From contig DAOLVF010000003.1 in assembly GCA_035420565.1 (NCBI GenBank), forward strand, positions 1-48,092: a DNA stretch of 48,092 nt. Reading direction: 5' to 3'. This DNA comes from Spirochaetota bacterium. Lineage in GTDB: Bacteria > Spirochaetota > UBA4802 > UB4802. Positions within the stretch are counted from its first letter, which is position 1. The number at the start of each line of letters is the position of its first letter. The notes under the pieces are model-generated. The model had not been told where the DNA came from, did not search any database, and was given only the letters and a program-made list of their open reading frames with translations. Of this stretch, positions 44,324-48,092 are shown one piece after another. The position numbers and the translations under genes are program-made.

Positions 44324-45367
44324 CTATTCAAAGAGTGTTTGTATATCCTCTATCCCTTTATAGGCAAGCCCTAAATGTTCATACGCAAGGCGTGCTGCAA
44401 CCCTTCCTCGCGGGGTACGTTTGAGCATCCCAATCTGCACCAGATATGGTTCATAAAAATCTTCCAGCGTTGTAATCTCTTCACCTATTGATATGGCTAT
44501 CGTCTTTATCCCCACCGGGCCTCCGTCATATTTATCAATAATGGTGGACAATATCTTTCTGTCCATATCATCCAATCCCAGCATATCAATATGAAGTTTA
44601 TCCAGAGCATACAGGGCAATTTGTTTATCAATCATATCCTTTTTATGAACTATCGCAAAATCAAGCACCCGCTTAACAAGGCGATTGACTATGCGTGGTG
44701 TCCGACGCGAACGCCTTGCAATCTCCTGTGCAGCTTCTTCTTCTATGCTACACCCTATTATTGCTGCGGTTCGTAAAGCAATAGTTTCCAGATCATCTAT
44801 CTCGTAATAATCAAGACGCAGCGGTATACCAAACCTATCACGCAACGCTGAGGTTAAAAGACCTGTGCGCGTTGTTGCGCCAATCAGGGTAAAGGGGGCA
44901 AGTTGCAATTTTATGCTCTTTGCACCAACACCCTGCCCTAAAATAATATCAAGCTCACCATCCTCCATAGCGCTATACAAAAGCTCTTCAATCGCTGGCG
45001 AAAGCCTATGAATTTCATCAATAAAAAGCACATCCATTGCTTCCAGATTGGTTAAAAGTGAAGCCATATCGCCAGACTTTTCTATTGCCGGTGCCGAAGT
45101 AGCTTTAATATTAACGCCCAGCTCATTGGCAACAATGAATGCCAGTGTGGTTTTGCCCAGTCCTGGAGGCCCTGCAAGCAAAACATGGTCCAGTGGCTTT
45201 TTCCGTAATTTTGCCGATTCAATAAATACACGTAAGTTTTCGGTTAACTGCTTCTGTCCTATAAACTCACTGAGACGTTGAGGGCGTAATTTTTTCTCAA
45301 AATCTTCTTCATCCAGTGATAATGGTGAGATAATGCCCGGGTTATTATTTTCTTCCTTTTTTTTCAT
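44324..45367 (-). CDS. ruvB: Holliday junction branch-migration helicase RuvB
   Basis: The 347-aa ORF carries [12 protein letters not shown], Walker [10 protein letters not shown], Walker [10 protein letters not shown], and [15 protein letters not shown]. Confidence 0.95.
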   Translation of the reverse strand: MKKKEENNNPGIISPLSLDEEDFEKKLRPQRLSEFIGQKQLTENLRVFIESAKLRKKPLDHVLLAGPPGLGKTTLAFIVANELGVNIKATSAPAIEKSGDMASLLTNLEAMDVLFIDEIHRLSPAIEELLYSAMEDGELDIILGQGVGAKSIKLQLAPFTLIGATTRTGLLTSALRDRFGIPLRLDYYEIDDLETIALRTAAIIGCSIEEEAAQEIARRSRRTPRIVNRLVKRVLDFAIVHKKDMIDKQIALYALDKLHIDMLGLDDMDRKILSTIIDKYDGGPVGIKTIAISIGEEITTLEDFYEPYLVQIGMLKRTPRGRVAARLAYEHLGLAYKGIEDIQTLFE

Positions 45368-45827
45368 ACTCTTTTAAAATCTTTATAATGTCCTGAACAT
45401 CCTTAGCACCAATGAGCGATTCACGTAAACTATCATCATTCATGAGCTTGGCAATATTAGCCAGTGTTTTGATATGTTGTGATATTTTATCCTTGGGAAC
45501 AATAAGTAAAATAACAATGTGAACCGGTAGATTATCTATAGAATCAAAATTAATGCCTTTTTGGCTCAATGACATGATCATAACAACATCATCGACATAG
45601 GGACAGCTACAATGCGGAATTGCAACCCCCTTGCCAATCCCGGTACTCATGGACTTTTCGCGTTCAAACAATGTTTTTTTTATTGCATCACGATGCTCTG
45701 CTTTCAGCGATTTATTCTTGATTGCCATGTCGAGCATTGCCTCAATTAATTCCCATCTATCCTTAACAGATGGATTGATAATAATATTCTTTTTATTTAA
45801 ATAATCTGTTAAAATCATAATAATCAT
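45345..45827 (-). CDS. PTS EIIA(Ntr/Fru)-type regulatory protein (PtsN-like)
   Basis: The EIIA-2 motif [13 protein letters not shown] contains the phospho-His. The ORF-track start at 45860 is a TTG. The ATGs at 45827 and 45818 are more likely starts. The 3' end overlaps ruvB by 23 nt. Confidence 0.7.
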   Translation of the reverse strand: MIIMILTDYLNKKNIIINPSVKDRWELIEAMLDMAIKNKSLKAEHRDAIKKTLFEREKSMSTGIGKGVAIPHCSCPYVDDVVMIMSLSQKGINFDSIDNLPVHIVILLIVPKDKISQHIKTLANIAKLMNDDSLRESLIGAKDVQDIIKILKEYEKKGRK

Positions 45828-46663
45828 TGGTCCTGCAAAAAAAATACACGCATACAGCAATCTAAACTAAGATACTACCTGTGCAAGATTTTCGTCAAGT
45901 GTTATATGGTTTTTTACTGTATATATTTTAGAGATAGATTTTTACGGAAGTTGCTCATGGTACACTAAAGTACACAAACCATTGAGATCTTCTGTTTTGT
46001 ATAGATCATGAGATTTAAAAAAACAGATAGACCTCAAAAATTCTCATTTTCCATTGAAACGTTATGCCGCAGAATCTCCACCATAGCAGCGTATCCATCT
46101 TCCAGTACTATAGGAGATGCCTTCTCGATTCAGCAACCTCCCCGAGGTCCGTTTCATACTGTAGTTCCTCGAACGCCATCATTGCCATCCAGCCATGAGC
46201 GGTGCAGCATCATGGTTTTAGGCTTTGTTTCCTCCGCGCGAACATCAGCATGCGGTGCATATCAATCCTCCGGCCGCGGAATCGTTCCACAATGCAGATG
46301 GATGATATGGCCGACCTCAGTTGATCACGGCGAAGGCCCGAGTACAATTATAAAATTGCATCATACACGATTGCTGTGGTACTTTCAGGACGATGCGGAT
46401 CCCCGCATGACACCGCGTACACTCCTACAAAAATTACGGTACACGATGTGCGCAGAATATCATATGCTTAAAAAATACGGTCTCTGTGATACCTGCATCA
46501 TCATACGCCCTTGAAAATATTTGATTAAATGAAAGAATACATATTTCCCGGCCGGAGGACAGCACGCCATGGCTGCGCCGTTCGCACCACCTAAACTTTC
46601 CGCCCCCGCGGGGCCGCTTTATATATCACGGTCCCTTGCTGTTCATGCTTCGGCAACAGGAAT

Positions 46664-47284
46664 CTACTTCACTATGATGAATGTGTTTTGTGGGGCGCCG
46701 CAGATACCGCACACGGCCGGCATGTTCCCGCTCATGGTGTTCCCGCAAATCGGGCACACGGCGTAGAGCACCGGCATCCCCGCCACTTTCTTCTTATCCA
46801 GACTGGCGAGAGCATCGGTGTAAAGCTTGTAGTGGATCTTCTCCACTTCGAACGCGTATTTAAACGTGGTCAGGACTTCCGCGACGTTCTCATCGGTCGC
46901 TTTCTTGATGAAATCCGGGTACATGCTGACGACCTCGTAATTCTCGCCTTTTATCGCAGTCTCGAGGTTCTCTCGCGTGGACTTCACCGTCACCGAGGGG
47001 TTGATCGCGTCCATCTTCTTCCCGAGCTTCGCAAGAGCGCGGGTATGGTTGTTGGCGTGTATCTTCTCGGCCCTGGACGCCGCATCGAAAAGCACCGCGA
47101 TGGGGGCTAAATTTTCCTCTTTCGCCTTTATCGCGAAAGCCGCGTAGGTGGCGCTCGCCGTCGTCTCACCCGTTATCGCGGCCTTCAGGTTCACCACCGT
47201 CTGGGGCTCAGCCTGCTGCGCCTTGCACCCGGCATAGATCAACAATCCTGCCATAAACAACAATACTGTCGCTGCCTTTTTCAT
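46664..47284 (-). CDS. rbr: Rubrerythrin with lipoprotein-like signal peptide
   Basis: I re-started the ORF at the ATG at 47284 (GGGAGGG RBS). The N-terminus is MKKAATVLLFMAGLLIYAGC. The ferritin-like diiron motifs are EKIHANNH and EVEKIHYKLY. The C-terminal rubredoxin-like site is CPICG...CGICG. Coding GC is about 60%, against about 37% in the surrounding genes. Confidence 0.85.
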   Translation of the reverse strand: MKKAATVLLFMAGLLIYAGCKAQQAEPQTVVNLKAAITGETTASATYAAFAIKAKEENLAPIAVLFDAASRAEKIHANNHTRALAKLGKKMDAINPSVTVKSTRENLETAIKGENYEVVSMYPDFIKKATDENVAEVLTTFKYAFEVEKIHYKLYTDALASLDKKKVAGMPVLYAVCPICGNTMSGNMPAVCGICGAPQNTFIIVK

Positions 47285-47315
47285 GCTTCCCTCCCATGAT
47301 ACCATCACGCAGAAT

Positions 47316-47332
47316 ATTCCAGCTCCTGGAAT
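47316..47332. promoter_or_regulatory. Perfect inverted repeat ATTCCAG-ctc-CTGGAAT upstream of rubrerythrin
   Basis: The 7-bp arms lie 32 nt upstream of the rbr ATG and overlap the only -10-like element (TATTCT on the minus strand). Confidence 0.3.
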
Positions 47333-47388
47333 CGGAAATCACCGCACCACGAGCAAACGCAATGCCCCTGCTGACGGCGAGATGTCCA

Positions 47389-47406
47389 AATTCCGAGCGT
47401 GGAATT
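47389..47406. promoter_or_regulatory. Second inverted repeat AATTCC-gagcgt-GGAATT
   Basis: The 6-bp arms share the TTCC/GGAA core with the repeat at 47316-47332. The site is about 105 nt upstream of the rbr ATG. Confidence 0.25.
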
Positions 47407-47687
47407 GATTGACCTCATTCAATAATCTATCACCCATCATGTCAAGTAAAAAGCTCTTTCCCAATCCGGGGGGTAAAATAATAGTTCTTCGTGCATGTAC
47501 GTCAATATTTTCAACCTGAGATATTGCTCATCTCAAATACCGTAAGCTCTCCGTTGTAACACTCGGATTTCATCGCCCAACCCATCGTCAAAACCCAACC
47601 GAACCTTGTTGAAGAATCACAATATGGTGGAATGCCATTTCAATAATAGAGTACGTCCCTTATATGTTATGCTGGATATATAAATAG

Positions 47688-47713
47688 TATTTCTGAGTAA
47701 TAGCGAAGAATCT
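47688..47713. repeat. Short dispersed repeat unit (TTCTGAG...GAAGAATCT type)
   Basis: TATTTCTGAGTAATAGCGAAGAATCT resembles the unit at 12777-12811 (GTCATTTTGAGGGACGCAGTCCCGAAGAACCT). Confidence 0.35.
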
Positions 47714-47763
47714 TGCTGTTTCGCCGTTATCAAGTGCTCTGACCCCATTTTTTACGTATTACG

Positions 47764-47836
47764 ATGTCACCCCCTACGGGATTTTACAATAATTAATGAG
47801 TCAGCGATTATAAAATGTCATCCCTATGGGATTTTA
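47764..47836. repeat. Direct repeat of a 22-23-nt hairpin unit
   Basis: ATGTCACCCCCTACGGGATTTTA (47764-47786) and ATGTCATCCCTATGGGATTTTA (47815-47836) form the repeat. The second unit folds as ATCCC-tat-GGGAT. Confidence 0.55.
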
Positions 47837-47901
47837 AGAAAAAAATACGCATACAGGGAATTATGGCGTCTTTGAATGCGGGCACAGGATAGATAATAGG
47901 A

Positions 47902-48092
47902 TCACATATATTTTACTCCTCGGTAAACCATGAGATAGTGGCACAAAGCTCCCGCTATGATAAAAAAATGAAAAAATTCATGAAATCCAACATAACCCTG
48001 TATCTTCTTAGGCCATTGCATAATATAAAAAACTGCCCCTGCTGTGAATGCAATGCCACCTGCAAATAGGTACCATAGCGATGTGCTATCCA
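47902..48092 (-). CDS. Hemolysin III / PAQR-family membrane protein, C-terminal part (5' end outside window)
   Basis: The frame is open to the window edge: ...DSTSLWYLFAGGIAFTAGAVFYIMQWPKKIQGYVGFHEFFHFFIIAGALCHYLMVYRGVKYM*. GFHE.FH....AG...H is the conserved Hly-III C-terminal motif. It is not in the ORF track because it has no start in the window. Confidence 0.7.
   Translation of the reverse strand, partial: DSTSLWYLFAGGIAFTAGAVFYIMQWPKKIQGYVGFHEFFHFFIIAGALCHYLMVYRGVKYM

Larger units (their letters stand above)
388..44656. repeat. Dispersed iterated 9-mer AACTATCGC / GCGATAGTT (16 exact copies)
   Basis: AACTATCGC occurs on the plus strand at 4429, 9770, 10279, 18661, 21838, 22326, 31941, 36250 and 44648. 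GCGATAGTT occurs on the plus strand at 388, 9712, 19434, 28024, 33600, 34230 and 43642. Counts were made by eye, so more copies may exist. Confidence 0.85.
46085..47405. other. Compositionally deviant (GC-rich) patch
   Basis: Hand counts on 60-nt lines give about 53-55% GC for 46141-46320, about 38-43% for 46321-46560, and about 60-62% for 46681-46740 and 47341-47400. The flanks and the rest of the window are clearly AT-rich. Confidence 0.6.

Noticed and set aside
388-44656. An explanation of the iterated 9-mer as cyanobacterial HIP1 (GCGATCGC), a restriction/methylation palindrome, or a conserved peptide repeat.
   Set aside because: The motif is not palindromic, and I saw no GCGATCGC in the window. 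The copies occur in four different frame and strand contexts plus intergenic DNA, which rules out a peptide-level cause.
46071-46084. The sequence ...GAATCTCCACCA resembles a tRNA or tmRNA 3' end (CTCCACCA).
   Set aside because: There is no T-arm (GGTTCGAATCC-like), acceptor-stem complement or tmRNA 5' GGGG...TTCGAC element in the right place on either strand.
46209-46466. A minus-strand frame (…STTAIVYDAIL*LYSGLRRDQL…ERFRGRRIDMH…) is faintly reminiscent of the Fur/PerR recognition-helix region. This would fit a perR-rbr pairing.
   Set aside because: The similarity is limited to a few residues (A.VY..L...GL), metal-binding H/C motifs are absent, and the frame is interrupted. This is too weak to call without a profile search.
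46008-46514. A 168-codon plus-strand ORF from the ORF track, considered as a genuine protein-coding gene.
   Set aside because: It has no Shine-Dalgarno sequence, its start lies in AT-rich DNA outside the GC-rich body, its composition is Ser/Pro/Arg/Cys-rich with low information, and I recognised no motif. I kept it as an open question in the findings and did not call it as a CDS.
1-48092. A search for CRISPR arrays, tandem repeats, IS elements, integrases, tRNA or rRNA genes.
   Set aside because: I found no regularly spaced direct repeats, no transposase- or integrase-like ORFs, and no tRNA T-arm or rRNA signatures by eye. An automated scan (tRNAscan-SE, Infernal, MinCED) would be needed to confirm this.

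Overview
This is an AT-rich, tightly packed bacterial chromosomal segment. I estimate about 35-40% GC from hand counts, not from a computation. It carries about 40 protein genes, most on the minus strand. I recognised no rRNA, tRNA, CRISPR array, transposase, integrase or phage gene. Gene content is mostly housekeeping and anaerobe-style metabolism:
- ruvB, a PTS-EIIA(Ntr)-like gene and an XPB-type helicase
- an ADP-forming acetyl-CoA synthetase with a GPH/MFS symporter
- a crotonase, a 2-hydroxyacid dehydrogenase, a 7TMR-DISM adenylate cyclase, MscS, an HDAC-family deacetylase, CapA, LarE and YjbQ
- a 1236-aa DUF3683/FAD/Fe-S/CCG oxidoreductase divergent from a YedF-like gene
- a roughly 10-kb GntR-controlled glycan/sugar-acid locus: GH38-like hydrolase, RraA-type and HpcH-type aldolase-family genes, SDR epimerase, MBL hydrolase, NRAMP-family transporter, kdgK and uxuA.

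Things not explained by ordinary annotation:
1. A non-palindromic 9-mer, AACTATCGC/GCGATAGTT, occurs 16 times exactly, about one copy per 3 kb. I expect about 0.4 copies. It sits on both strands, in four different coding-frame contexts and in three intergenic spacers, so the signal is at the DNA level.
2. A translationally coupled three-gene envelope operon encodes a lamin-tail-domain secreted protein, a beta-rich protein with a ComEA-like helix-hairpin-helix module, and a 518-aa beta-barrel. This looks like an uncharacterised surface DNA-binding system.
3. An identical 13-mer (ATCATCAGACCAT) lies immediately after the -10 box of both the GntR-regulator promoter and the uxuA promoter. It is a candidate operator.
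4. A GC-rich patch (about 55-62% GC on the lines I counted) carries a rubrerythrin with a lipoprotein-like signal peptide. Next to it is an unassignable GC-rich segment.
5. At least six gene remnants lie in intergenic spacers: DedA N-terminus, GT20 N-terminus, GT4 C-terminus, sulfatase C-terminus and two unidentified fragments.
6. Small hairpin (MITE-like) repeats cluster in two spacers.

All calls come from reading the sequence and ORF translations by eye. No database search was run.
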